Below are positions 13,101 to 26,354 of a stretch of DNA of 64,000 bases, piece by piece. Source of the DNA: Eledone cirrhosa. Lineage: Eukaryota. The notes beneath the pieces were generated by a model that was not told the origin of the DNA, did not search any database, and saw only the letters and a list, made by a program, of their open reading frames with translations. The DNA is taken from contig OZ024741.1 in the NCBI GenBank assembly GCA_964016885.1, positions 36,518,001-36,582,000 on the forward strand, written 5' to 3'. The position numbers were made by a program, and so were the translations under genes. Numbering within the stretch: the stretch's first letter is position 1; each line of letters opens with the position of its first letter.

Positions 13101-16100
13101 AGGTAGTAGTGCTGGTAGCACAATACACTGTACCTAGTCCACACTGTCAGGTGATAGTGCTGGTACCACAATAAACTGTACCTAGTCCACACTGTCAGGT
13201 GATAGTGCTGGTACCACAATAAACTGTACCTAGTCCACACTGTCAGGTGATAGTGCTGGTACCACAATAAACTGTACCTAGTCCACACTGTCAGGTGATA
13301 GTGCTGGTACCACAATAAACTGCACCTAGTCCACACTGTCAGGTGGTAGTGCTGGTACCTCAATAAACTGTACCTAGTCCACTGTCAGGTGGTAGTGCTG
13401 GTACCACAATACACTACCTAGTCCACACTGTCAGGTGGTAGTGCTGGTACCTCAATAAACTGTACCTAGTCCACACTGTCAGGTGGTAGTGCTGGTACCT
13501 CAATAAACTGTACCTAGTCCACAATGTCAGGTGGTAGTGCTGGTACCTCAATAAACTGTACCTAGTCCACACTGTCAGGTGATAGTGTTGGTACCACAAT
13601 AAACTGTACCTAGTCCACACTGTCAGGTGATAGTGCTGGTACCACAATAAACTGTACCTAGTCCACACTGTCAGGTGATAGTGCTGGTACCACAATAAAC
13701 TGTACCTAGTCCACACTGTCAGGTGATAGTGCTGGTACCACAATAAACTGCACCTAGTCCACACTGTCAGGTGGTAGTGCTGGTACCTCAATAAACTGTA
13801 CCTAGTCCACAATGTCAGGTGGTAGTGCTGGTACCACAATACACTGTACCTAGTCCACACTGTCAGGTGATAGTGTTGGTACCACAATAAACTACCTAAC
13901 CCACACTGTCAGGTGATAGTGCTGGTACCACAATAAAATGTACCTAGTCCACACTGTCAGGTGATAGTGCTGGTACCACAATACACTGTACCTAGTCCAC
14001 ACTGTCAGGTGGTAATGTTGCTACCACAATATACTACCTAACCCACACTGTCAGGTGATAGTGCTGGTACCACAATAAACTGTACCTAGTCCACACTGTC
14101 AGGTGGTAATGTTGCTACCACAATAAACTACCTAACCCACACTGTCAGGTGATAGTGCTGGTACCACAATAAAATGTACCTAGTCCACAATGTCAGGTGG
14201 TAGTGCTGGTACCACAATACACTGTACCTAGTCCACACTGTCAAGTGGTCATGTTGCTACCACAATAAACTACCTAACCCACACTGTCAGGTGATAGTGC
14301 TGGTACCACAATAAAATGTACCTAGTCCACACTGTCAGGTGATAGTGCTGGTACCACAATAAAATGTACCTAGTCCACACTGTCAGGTGATAGTGCTGGT
14401 ACCACAATACACTGTACCTAGTCCACACTGTCAGGTGGTAGTGCTGGTACCACAATACACTGTACCTAGTCCACACTGTCAGGTGATAGTGTTGGTACCA
14501 CAATAAGCTGTACCTAGTCGACACTGTCAGGTAGTAGTGCTGGTACCACAATGAACTGTACCTAGTCCACACTGTCCGGTGGTAGTGCTGGTACCACAAT
14601 AAACTGTACCTAGTCCACACTGTCAGGTGGTAGTGCTGGTACCACAATAAACTCTACCTAGTCCACACTGTCAGGTTGTAGTGCTGGTACCACAATACAC
14701 TGTACCTAGTCGACACTGTCAGGTGATAGTGTTGGTACCACAATAAACTCTACCTAGTCCACACTGTCAGGTGGTAGTGCTGGTACCACAATAAACTGTA
14801 CCTAGTCCACACTGTCAGGTGGTAGTGCTGGTACCTCAATAAACTGTACCTAGTCCACACTGTCAGGTGATAGTGTTGGTACCACAATAAGCTGTACCTA
14901 GTCCACACTGTCAGGTGATAGTGCTGGTACCACAATAAACGGTACCTAGTCCACACTGTCCGGTGGTAGTGCTGGTACCTCAATAAACTGTACCTAGTCC
15001 ACACTGTCAGGTGATAGTGTTGGTACCACAATACACTGTACCTAGTCGACACTGTCAGGTTGTAGTGCTGGTACCACAATAAGCTGTACCTAGTCCACAC
15101 TGTCAGGTGGTAGTGCTGGTACCTCAATAAACTGTACCTAGTCCACACTGTCAGGTGATAGTGTTGGTACCACAATACACTGTACCTAGTCGACACTGTC
15201 AGGTTGTAGTGCTGGTACCACAATAAACTGTACCTAGTCCACACTGTCCGGTGGTAGTGCTGGTACCACAATAAACTGTACCTAGTCCACACTGTCAGGT
15301 GGTAGTGTTGGTACCACAATACACTGTACCTAGTCCACACTGTCAGGTGGTAATGTTGCTACCACAATAAACTACCTAACCCACACTGTCAGGTGATAGT
15401 GCTGGTACCACAATAAAATGTACCTAGTCCACAATGTCAGGTGGTAGTGCTGGTACCACAATACACTGTACCTAGTCCACACTGTCAAGTGGTAATGTTG
15501 CTACCACAATAAACTACCTAACCCACACTGTCAGGTGATAGTGCTGGTACCACAATAAACTGTACCTAGTCCACACTGTCAGGTGGTAGTGCTGGTACCA
15601 CAATAAACTGTACCTAGTCCACACTGTCAGGTGATAGTGTTGGTACCACAATAAAATGTACTTAGTCCACACTGTCAGGTGATAGTGCTGGTACCACAAT
15701 AAACTGTACCTAGTCCACAATGTCAGGTGGTAGTGCTGGTACCACAATAAAATGTACCTAGTCCACACTGTCAGGTGGTAGTGCTGGTACCACAATAAAC
15801 TGTACCTAGTCCACACTGTCAGGTGATAGTGTTGGTACCACAATAAACTGTACCTAATCCACACTGTCAGGTGGTAGTGCTGGTACCACAATAATCTGTA
15901 CCTAGTCCACACTGTCAGGTGGTAGTGCTGGTACCACAATAAACTGTATCTAGTCCACACGGTCAGGTGGTAGTGCTGGTACCACAATAAACTGTACTTA
16001 GTTCACACTGTCAGGTAATAGTGCTGGTACCACAATAAACTGTACCTAGTCCACACTGTCAGGTGGTAGTGCTGGTACCATAATAAACTGTACCTAGTCC

Positions 16101-18767
16101 ATACTGTCAGGTGGTAGTACTGGTACCTCAATAAATTGTACCTAGTCCACACTGTCAGGTGATAGTGCTGGTACCACAATAAAATGTACCTAGTCCACAC
16201 TGTCAGGTGATAGTGCTGGTACCACAATACACTGTACCTAGTCCACTCTGTCAGGTGGTAGTGCTGGTACCACAATAAACTCTACCTAGTCCACACTGTC
16301 AGGTGGTAGTGCTGGTACCACAATAAGCTGTACCTAGTCGACACTGTCAGGTAGTAGTGCTGGTACCACAATACACTGTACCTAGTCCACACTGTCAGGT
16401 GATAGTGCTGGTACCGCAATAAACTGTACCTAGTCCACACTGTCAGGTGGTAGTGCTGGTACCTCAATAAACTGTACCTAGTCCACTGTCAGGTGGTAGT
16501 GCTGGTACCACAATACACTACCTAGTCCACACTGTCAGGTGGTAGTGCTGGTACCTCAATAAACTGTACCTAGTCCACACTGTCAGGTGGTAGTGCTGGT
16601 ACCTCAATAAACTGTACCTAGTCCACAATGTCAGGTGGTAGTGCTGGTACCTCAATAAACTGTACCTAGTCCACACTGTCAGGTGATAGTGTTGGTACCA
16701 CAATAAACTGTACCTAGTCCACACTGTCAGGTGATAGTGCTGGTACCACAATAAACTGTACCTAGTCCACACTGTCAGGTGATAGTGCTGGTACCACAAT
16801 AAACTGTACCTAGTCCACACTGTCAGGTGATAGTGCTGGTACCACAATAAACTGCACCTAGTCCACACTGTCAGGTGGTAGTGCTGGTACCTCAATAAAC
16901 TGTACCTAGTCCACAATGTCAGGTGGTAGTGCTGGTACCACAATACACTGTACCTAGTCCACACTGTCAGGTGATAGTGTTGGTACCACAATAAACTACC
17001 TAGTCCACAGTCAGGTGATAGTGTTGGTACCACAATAAACTGTACCTAGTCCACAATGTCAGGTGGTAGTGTTGGTACCACAATAAACTGTACCTAGTCC
17101 ACACTCTCAGGTGGTAATGTTGCTACCACAATAAACTACCTAACCCACACTGTCAGGTGATAGTGCTGGTACCACAATAAACTGTACCTAGTCCACACTG
17201 TCAGGTGATAGTGCTGGTACCACAATACACTGTACCTAGTCCACACTGTCAGGTGGTAATGTTGCTACCACAATAAACTACCTAACCCACACTGTCAGGT
17301 GATAGTGCTGGTACCATAATAAAATGTACCTAGTCCACAATGTCAGGTGGTAGTGCTGGTACCACAATAAACTGTACCTAGTCCACACTGTCAAGTGGTA
17401 ATGTTGCTACCACAATAAACTACCTAACCCACACTGTCAGGTGATAGTGCTGGTACCACAATAAAATGTACCTAGTCCACACTGTCAGGTGATAGTGCTG
17501 GTACCACAATACACTGTACCTAGTCCACACTGTCAGGTGGTAGTGCTGGTACCACAATACACTGTCAGGTGATAGTGTTGGTACCACAATAAGCTGTACC
17601 TAGTCGACACTGTCAGGTAGTAGTGCTGGTACCACAATAAACTGTACCTAGTCCACACTGTCCGGTGGTAGTGCTGGTACCACAATAAACTGTACCTAGT
17701 CCACACTGTCAGGTGGTAGTGCTGGTACCACAATAAACTCTACCTAGTCCACACTGTCAGGTTGTAGTGCTGGTACCACAATACACTGTACCTAGTCGAC
17801 ACTGTCAGGTGATAGTGTTGGTACCACAATAAACTCTACCTAGTCCACACTGTCAGGTGGTAGTGCTGGTACCACAATAAACTGTACCTAGTCCACACTG
17901 TCAGGTGGTAGTGCTGGTACCTCAATAAACTGTACCTAGTCCACACTGTCAGGTGATAGTGTTGGTACCACAATAAGCTGTACCTAGTCCACACTGTCAG
18001 GTGATAGTGCTGGTACCACAATAAACTGTACCTAGTCCACACTGTCCGGTGGTAGTGCTGGTACCACAATACACTGTACCTAGTCGACACTGTCAGGTTG
18101 TAGTGCTGGTACCACAATAAACTGTACCTAGTCCACTGTCAGGTGGTAGTGCTGGTACCACAATACACTACCTAGTCCACAATGTCAGGTGGTAGTGTTG
18201 GTACCACAATAAACTGTACCTAGTCCACACTGTCAGGTGATAGTGCTGGTACCACAATACACTGTACCTAGTCCACACTGTCAGGTGATAGTGCTGGTAC
18301 CACAATTAACTGTACCTAGTCCACACTGTCCGGCGGTAGTGCTGGTACCACAATAAACTGTACCTAGTCCACACTGTCAGGTGGTAGTGTTGGTACCACA
18401 ATAAACTGTACCTAGTCCACACTGTCAGGTGGTAGTGTTGATACCACAATAAAATGTACCTAGTCCACACTGTGAGCTGATAGTGTTGGTACCACAATAA
18501 ACTCTACCTAGTCCACACTGTCAGGTGGTAGTGTTGGTACCACAATACACTGTACCTAGTCCACACTGTCAGGTGGTAGTGTTGGTACCACAATAAACTC
18601 TACCTAGTCCACACTGTCAGGTGATAGGGTGATAGTGCTGGTACCACAATACACTCTACCTAGTCCACACTGTCAGGTGATAGTGTTGGTACCACAATAA
18701 ACTCTACCTAGTCCACACTGTCATGTGGTAGTGCTGGTACCACAATAAACTCTACCTAGTCCACACT
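10182..18767. repeat. 48-bp intronic satellite, ~8.6 kb, ~180 copies
   Basis: Unit tcaggtg(g/a)tagtgctggtaccacaataaactgtacctagtccacactg, head-to-tail with no spacers. It produces the 16-aa periodic minus-strand ORFs. Confidence 0.98.
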
Positions 18768-18992
18768 TTAATCTTGGTCACCCTCTTCCACTGGTACCAC
18801 TAGAAGAACGAACCCAATACATACCATGAAGTGGTTGGTGTTAAGGTCATCCAGCCATAGAAACCATGCCAAAATTGAATGTTTGGGCAAGACAGTCATC
18901 TGAGCTGTGACAACCCATTTAACCCTTGCAAGTATGAAAAATAGAGGTAAAACTGATAATAATGATGATGATATTGTTATTGTTTTAATCAG

Positions 18993-19111
18993 GCAGATGA
19001 AGAGAAGGCATGTCTTATCAGCCCTGAGAGAATCAATACTAGGAGGTCAGCCCAGAATATTCAAAGTGAGATAACAGAGATTAACAAACGGGTTGAAGCA
19101 ACAGAAAAAAG
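18993..19111 (+). CDS. SMC6: SMC6 exon (ADEEKACLISPERINTRRSAQNIQSEITEINKRVEATEK)
   Basis: aatcag| acceptor, ag|gtaaag donor, phase 0/2. AxxIxPERI...SA...EI motif of SMC6. Confidence 0.9.
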
Positions 19112-20273
19112 GTAAAGTCAGTTGTTTTTTTATGTGTGTGTGCATATGTATATAATATGTGTGTATGTGATTACATAATCTTATCACATGTCTCACCGAA
19201 ATACATTACTTTTGTTTTGTTCTTTTTTTTTTTTTTTTTTGTTGGTTGTTTTTCAATGATGTTGCAATTTTTTGTATCAGTATCATTAACATCACAATCA
19301 TCATCATCATCGCTTTCATCATCATAGTTATCATTTATCATCTTTTGTCACCATAATACTCATTGTCTTTGTCTTCATTATCATCATCATCATTTATGTT
19401 TCAGAGAACCACATCTTAGTCATATGTTCCATTTCAGGTGTGGATTTTACATGTGAACACCCTTCTTTATAGCAACCTCCAATGAGATACAAATGAGCTT
19501 TATCTGTACTTTTTATTGTGGCACCAACACTGGAGAGATTGTTATGTTCTCTCTATGCTACCTTTGCCAACCACTTTATAGAGTGTACTGGGTGCATTTT
19601 AACAGGTCATCTACATTAGGAAGGTTGCCTTCAATCTCACAAGACTCAAGAGTACATATTACTTAATATTGTCACTGTTCATTGAGGGCAACATCACTAG
19701 GTGTGTAGATAGAAAAGCGAACAACCGAAAAAGTGAGAGGGTATCAAAGGGGAGATAGACACTACTGGGGGTAGTAATGGAAAAGTGTTGCAATGACAAG
19801 AGGGAATGAAAGTATGATGGGGAAAACAGTGCAGAAGACGAGGTAATGAAAGAGACTAATGCCAGCTATATGTTTACAAGTGAACGGGAGAGAGAGCACA
19901 TCGTGGATAGTTATAGTGGTGGGTGATGGTGAGAGTGAGTGATAAATGTCCATAAGACGTGGAGTGGCTTTGAGGAGAGGGAGTGATGGCTGGCAGCACA
20001 GAAAGCGATGGTAGTATGTCTTAATTATAAACAGATTCAATGCAATCCCTTTTACTTAACAGTTGTAATGGTGGGGTGTAATGCTAAAGAGGAAGGCAAG
20101 GGGGTTGAATACAAACAGTTCCAATGACATCCCTTACATAGCTGCCGTGGTGTAGTAAATAGGGTAGTGGTTACACAGGTAGGGTGATTGACAAAAACAT
20201 GAGAGGACATAAAAAAGACTCTTTGAGGCAGCATATTGCATGGTATTCTGTGATTGTGACATAAGAGTTTACT

Positions 20274-20434
20274 TAACCCTTTCGTTAAAATATTTCTAAT
20301 GAAAGACACTGCCTATGATTTTCAAATAAAATTATAATGGTAGGTTTTTTTTAATGAATATAAGCATTTTGAAATAAACAGTTTTTATCATAGAATCAGG
20401 GACAATTTCATGTGGATTGGTATCAGAAGCGTTA
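20274..20434. mobile_element. Second TTAA-type MITE family (short copy)
   Basis: ttaaccctttcgtta... left end, ggtatcagaagcgtta right end. Related pieces at ~2083-2140 and ~21365-21605 (ending ggtatcaagagggttaa). Confidence 0.55.
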
Positions 20435-20664
20435 GCTTTTCTTTATAAGAAGGTATTGTCTGTCAATAACTCTGTCACAACACAGTTTCAACTTCCACTT
20501 AGGATTTTAATCAACATTTAGACGTATTCTTAACTATTTATAAACCTTTCCAGTAAAAGGAAACTTGGTAGTTGTTAGAGCAACAGATTATATGTCTATA
20601 TATTTATTCCAGTTCTCTGCACTCTGAATTCAAGTCTCCCTAAGGTCAACTTTACCTTTCATCC

Positions 20665-21075
20665 TTTTCTTCACCTACTTATTCCTTAGATGGTTGTGAG
20701 GGCAGAGTCCTCAAACACTCCTTCCAGCAGGTCCTGTCAGAAGCAACTGACTCCAACTGATCGGCTGGATCCCCAAGCAAGACCAGCCAAGCTCATGGAT
20801 GTTATCCAACCATCTTGCTCAGGGTCTTGTTGGTGTCTACCACTGGGTCTCCTGCCAGTTAGTTTTGCCTGTAAAATCTGTCCAACAATTCTTTCTTGAA
20901 ACATTCTAACGACATGCCCGTAGTATCAGAGCTGTGATCTCTCAATTTGGAGTAGTAGCAGCTCTACCTGGAGTGACTCTCTCATCTCTGAGCTATACAG
21001 TCTATCGAGTAACATTACTCCAAAGACTCTTCGGAGGAGCCCTATTTCGGCCGCTTGTATTCGCGATCATATTGT
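20665..21075 (-). mobile_element. RTE-group 3' fragment (family distinct from the PHD-RTE)
   Basis: Reverse-complement homologue of 61600-61980; encodes a RPSGRHQ...WLDNIH-type C-terminus. Confidence 0.7.
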
Positions 21076-21817
21076 AAAATACCAATATAAGGGTGGTTGA
21101 TTAGTGAAATTGTTAAAGTATTGGACATGATGTTTTGCAGTATCTATTCCAGCTCTGTGTGTTCTGAGTTGAAATCCTGCCACCTATCTTAGGCAAAGCT
21201 ATAACACTTGGAATTGTGATTGGCAGATACTATCAGCAACTGAAAGACCAATGGAAACCTAATTTTCTTGGTCTGATCTGAGATTTTGTGGGCAACAGTA
21301 ACTAAGAGCCAATGAAGGAACCTTTGTATAGTCGCTTGACCCACTAAAAATAGCAACCAAATCTTCTTTTGTTACCATATTTCTAATAAAAAATGCAGCC
21401 TATGATTTTTAAATCATTTAGAAAATGTTAAGAATTTGGAGGGATTATAACTAACTTTCTCATTATTATGTTGGTGTTTAGAACACAATTTAACAAAGGT
21501 TATTACATAAAATTATGATTGGAGATGTTTAGATAAATATAAACACTTTAAGATATTAGTATTTTTATCATAGAACCAGGGTCAGTTTGGTATCAAGAGG
21601 GTTAAATATGGAAATGACATATTCCTAAATGAACTAGGTGACCACAACGAGAATATCTTTGATCAAGGTGGACATGGAGTAATCAATACCAACATTTGTG
21701 TAAATAACAGCTTGTTATTTCATGTTCAAAATTTCTGTTTTTTAACTGTCTGTTAACTGTTTTACAATTTGTGGAGATTGTAGACTTAACATAAGACTGG
21801 GAGTCCCCTATCTTTAA

Positions 21818-22902
21818 CCCTTTAGTGTTCAAACCGCCCCAAACTGGCCGCAATTATTTTTCCTTCATTTGTTCAAACCGCCCCAAACCGGCCGATAATA
21901 CCCACACTAAAATATCGTTCTAAAAATAAACAAATCATCATCAAAATCTCGTCAATTCGAGATTAGGCCCTTACCGCGAAAATTAACACTTAATATAGTG
22001 AAACAACTTAAAACAACATGTGTTTTTTTAACGTTGAAAGTAGAACAGATTTTTTTGTGTATCAACATGGCTTGTGAAAGTAGCGATACCGACTTTGAAG
22101 GTTTTACACACGACATTCAGAATGAACAAGAAACAAAAGATAATATTAGTGATTTATCTTCAAATGAATCAGATGTTTACATTTCTGAAATTTCATCCGA
22201 CGATGGTTGTTGTTTTGAAAGGGAAAACGAAGGAGATCTCCAGGACGCCATTGAAAATATTACAGCAACGTGGTTGAAAAATACCACACCAATATATGTT
22301 CCCGATTTTATTCAAAATACTGGTCCACAACACACATTAGGTCCCGATGTTAAAGCACTGGATTATTTCTTTTTGTTTTTACCACAAACTTTCTTCGAAG
22401 TTGTGGCAGAAGAGATTAATCGATATGCCAAACAACAGATTTCAAATCGAGGAAAACCCGATCTGTTTGGCGACCGACAGAAGCTGCGGAAATGCAAGCA
22501 TTTTTTACCGTAAATATTATGTTCAGTACAAAACAATTTCCAAGACTGTGGAATTAGTGGAGCACTGATATAAGGTTTAGTGATCCTTATATATCAAGTA
22601 TTATGCAGAAAACAACGTATTTAAAATTAGACCAGTATTTGCACCTGGTTCATACTTCAAATGCCCCTATTAATTAATTTCACCTGCCCATAAAAGTCAA
22701 ATTTAACCAAAAAAATCAGGTAAAATTATATAATTGTAAATTATTGATATTTAAACATCTACTGACAAAATTTCAAGCCTGCACATAGAAAATTAAGAAA
22801 ATTACAAACAAATAAAATTGATAACCCTCTTGAGTATGATTAACTCAAAATAATGTGAACAGATAAGCATGACATTTGAAAATTAATGCGAATGCTAAAG
22901 GG
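21818..22902 (+). mobile_element. Internally deleted piggyBac-family transposon with PGBD-like transposase N-terminus (pseudogene)
   Basis: TTAA on both sides; TIRs ccctttagtgttc / gaatgctaaaggg. ORF 21998-22513 has an acidic N-terminus then ALDYFFLFL...EINRYAKQ, then frameshifts; no catalytic DDD region. Confidence 0.88.
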
Positions 22903-23013
22903 TTAAAACACCCAAGACACCTTTTAAGAGATACAGCCTCATAGGAGGCCAGTTATAACATTGTAGACATCTCAGTTGTAACTGGAACAAATGTAATTTG
23001 TGTATATTTGTAG

Positions 23014-23113
23014 ACAAGGAGACTGTGATTTTACAACTCGTAGATACCATGAAACCAAAGAGGCCTTGCGAAAGATCAGAAAAGAAGTTGGTTCACTAAA
23101 AAATTTTTTAAAT
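23014..23113 (+). CDS. SMC6: SMC6 exon (QGDCDFTTRRYHETKEALRKIRKEVGSLKNFLN)
   Basis: ttgtag| acceptor, |gtaagt donor. Phase 2/0 complements the previous exon; GD...Y.E..E......V..LK.F pattern. Confidence 0.88.
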
Positions 23114-23939
23114 GTAAGTTTTCTTCACTTATTCCTCTTTCATTCTTTTTTTTTCCATTAACCTTCTAGGTGCTCTAGGCACCTTATGTTGCCGATAGAG
23201 TAATCTCTCCTTGATACATAACTCTGTGTCAAGGGAAGCATTTCATTAAAAAAATTCAGTGTGCTAAAGGTTAAGTCCTCTGAATGTCATAATCAAAATT
23301 CTACATTCAGATACTCTTGACAATACTGTGTGTACATGATTTAGAATAGGTATACTGTATCCTCGTGTGTTATAAGGAGCAACTAAAAGGATTAGTGCCG
23401 GGAAGGCATCTAGCCATAAAACATTGCCTCAAAATAGACTTCCAAGTAGGTCTACAATGCTAACTAATGTTCCAGTAGGAAAATTGTCCTTTGAAAACTT
23501 AGAAAAGTCACTTTTGGCACACCTCTTTGAAGCTTCTCAATCTTAAGTTTTTACATCAAAGTTTCTTGCATACATCATGTTTTACTAAATTTTTTCTAAA
23601 TTTTTAAAACTAGAAATCAGGTGTGTACATTATACACAAGAACTAAATGTCACTCATTTTCTTCTGGCTTCAAGTGTGTGGCCATATTCAGAACAATATT
23701 ACCAGAAGAAAGTTGTAATATCTGTTATCCAAATTTATTGATAATATATCAAATCATCATCACCATTTAACGTTTATTTTCAATGCTTGCATGGGTCAGA
23801 GAATTTGTCCCATACTGAGGTTAGACTGATCAAGTAACCACCTCTTGCTCATATGCTCCAATTTTGATTTGGTTTCTTCAGCTGATGCCCTTCCTAATGC
23901 TAACCACTTTTCAGCGTGTACTCAGAGCATTTCATTGTG

Positions 23940-24157
23940 GCACCTGTACAACCACTTTACAGGGTGGACTGAATGCTTTCATCATGACACCAGCAAACTA
24001 CTTTACAGGGTGGACTGAATGCTTTTCATCATGACACCAGCATACCACCTTACAGGGTGGACTGGCTGTTTTCCATCATGATACCAGCATACCACCTTAC
24101 AGGGTGGACTGGCTGTTTTCCATCATGATACCAACATACCACCTTGCAGGGTGGACT
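23940..24157 (-). repeat. ~47-bp tandem units (4-5 copies) inside a minus-strand RTE-type tail (tail from ~23753)
   Basis: catcatga(c/t)accagcataccaccttacagggtggactggctgttttc repeated. Its reverse complement resembles the 48-bp satellite unit. Confidence 0.8.
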
Positions 24158-24366
24158 ATAAATAAATATTATTTGTACTATAAATAAATAATATTTGTAT
24201 TATAAAAACATATTATTTGTATTGTAAATGGATATTATTTGTACTATGAATAGATACTATTTCTACTATAAATAGATATTATTTGTACTATAAATAGATA
24301 TTATTTGTACTATAAATAGATATTATTGTACCATAAATAGATATTATTTGTACTATAAATAGATAC
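24158..24366. repeat. 22-bp AT-rich minisatellite, ~9 copies
   Basis: ataaatagatattatttgtact repeated. Confidence 0.9.
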
Positions 24367-24613
24367 TCTCTACATAAGGTGTCAACCCAATTTAAATCCT
24401 ACAAAATTACAGGTGAAACACTAAGTGGATTGGTTTAAAATATTTTTCTACTTTTTGATAATTGTAAATGCTTATCTCAATTTATTAAGATTTTCATTTA
24501 AAACAAATATTTTTTCCAGATTTCAGTATTTGATGTTCAAAACAAAAATCTAAAAACCAATTTCTCTTTTTTAACTCATAATATTAATAAGGGGATAAAA
24601 TGTCCATGCTTAA

Positions 24614-24790
24614 CCCATTAGCATTTAAACCGGCCATAACTGGCTGCTCATACTGATGTTACGGTATTGTTCTCAAAATAAATAACATCAAAATCTCGTA
24701 GATTCGATATTATGTGAGATAATTATGTAAGATAAAGCCTTTACCATGAACATATAATAGTAAATATAGAGTAATGTAAATGCTAAAGGG
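24614..24790. mobile_element. piggyBac-type MITE
   Basis: ttaa|cccattagcattta ... taaatgctaaaggg|ttaa; the TIR matches the 21818-22902 element. Confidence 0.85.
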
Positions 24791-24828
24791 TTAAAGAATA
24801 AGTATCTGGTTTTCTGTGACAACACGAT

Positions 24829-25173
24829 GTCATCATCATCATCATTCCATTTTATGTCCACTTTTTCCCTGCTTGCAAGGGTGGGACGGGAACTGATTCT
24901 GGCTTGATTTCTACAGTTGGATGCCCTTCCTAACACCAACCTCATTTACAGTGAGTGCTGGGTGCTTTTTTGCCGTGGCACCTCCACGACCACTTTGCAG
25001 TGGAATGATAGGGACCCCAGTCCCTATCATCTCATTTCTACAGCTGAGTAAACTGGAGCAATGTGAAATAAAGTGTCTTGCTCAAGGAAACAACACATCA
25101 CCCGGTCTGAGAATTGAACTCACAACCTTTCGATTGCAAGGCCAATGCTCTAACCACTAAGCCATGTGCCTCC
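24829..25173 (-). mobile_element. SINE family B (tRNA head + core + RTE 3' tail)
   Basis: Reverse complement of 46142-46529. Further copies at 30790-31102 (+), 37033-37362 (-), 45675-46005 (-). Confidence 0.88.
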
Positions 25174-26108
25174 ATGTGTATATCACAATACAAACTGTAT
25201 AGTAAAATTAAATATTAAACTTGTTTAAATACACCATCATTATCAAAATGAAATTCACCTAGTCATAACAACCAATGTGTGTAGCCAATTCGCTATACAT
25301 ATACACACACAGACGGCAGTGGAAAAGGTTGGAAGTCTGTTGGCTGTTTTTGCCGTAGGTTTTTCACCATCCCCCTTCCTCCTTTTTACACACACAAACT
25401 CACACACAGTTGAAACGCTGTTTGATTATTTTTTTCGACGTAGAATGTTCACTATCCCGCTTCCATGGGGACTGACACATGGACACGATTCAACTTTTAT
25501 TTATATAGATATATGTTTGTATGATTTCCATAATGTTGATTTTGCAGCAGATGCATTTTTATGACCTCCATCGGTAGAGTTCAAAGGTCACTTGCAAATC
25601 TACTTTTTGTTTCTTTTAGGTTACCTAAACACTTCTTTTTTCTATACATCCTAATACTGAAAAAACATCTGTATGAATTATGTGTATTAGTATTCTACAT
25701 GAGATATTTTTTCCAGGATTTCATTGCCCATAATCAGAGATGTGTATTATACATAAGTGTGTATTATACACAAATAAGTAAAGGTGAGTGGTTTAGTAGT
25801 TAGAGAGTTGGATTTGCAATTGTAAGGTTGCGAGTTCAATTCTCGGACTGGGTGATGCATTGTGTCCTTGAGCAAAACACTTTATTTCACGTTACTCTTT
25901 CTGCCAGGAGTTGCGACTGGTAGATAGTATCAATAGTGGAAAGACCAATGGAAAAGGTGTTTCCTTGGCCTGATTTGACGACATCCACTCGACTCGGCAA
26001 GTGAATGAGGTCTGGGATCTTGTTGATTGATCAGAGTGACTGATACACAAATAAATTCGATATGTAACTGTATCTGAAACTAACAAGGGCCTTTTTCATT
26101 TATTGCAG

Positions 26109-26267
26109 CATTTAGAAGAAGTGATGGAGGTACGAGACAAAGCTTACAAATCCTGCCGTCAAGTCATTGCTCTGAGAATGAAGCAGGTCTTTATAGTGTT
26201 CCTACATAGCCGTAATTATATTGGACAACTCAACTTTGACCATGATAAGGGCCTTCTAGAAATCACT
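26109..26267 (+). CDS. SMC6: SMC6 exon (HLEEVMEVRDKAY...RNYIGQLNFDHDKGLLEIT); last exon found in the window
   Basis: ttgcag| acceptor, |gtaagt donor, 159 nt. RxYxGxxxFDH precedes the LSGGE signature in SMC6. Confidence 0.92.
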
Positions 26268-26354
26268 GTAAGTACTTATCGTTCGTTAATTCAGATTTTT
26301 TTTTTTTTTTTTTTTTTCTGAGTGTTATCCTAGTTTTTGTCTCACAAATAATAT

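Noticed and set aside
10182-18767. CRISPR-like array, or repetitive protein (WYQHYHLTVWTRYSLL)n
   Set aside because: Units are contiguous with no unique spacers and there are no cas genes. The ORFs result from a 48-nt period and are broken by random stops and indels.
21998-22513. Domesticated PGBD gene or exon-trap fusion with SMC6
   Set aside because: Frameshifted, catalytic core deleted, TIRs retained; no convincing splice connection seen.
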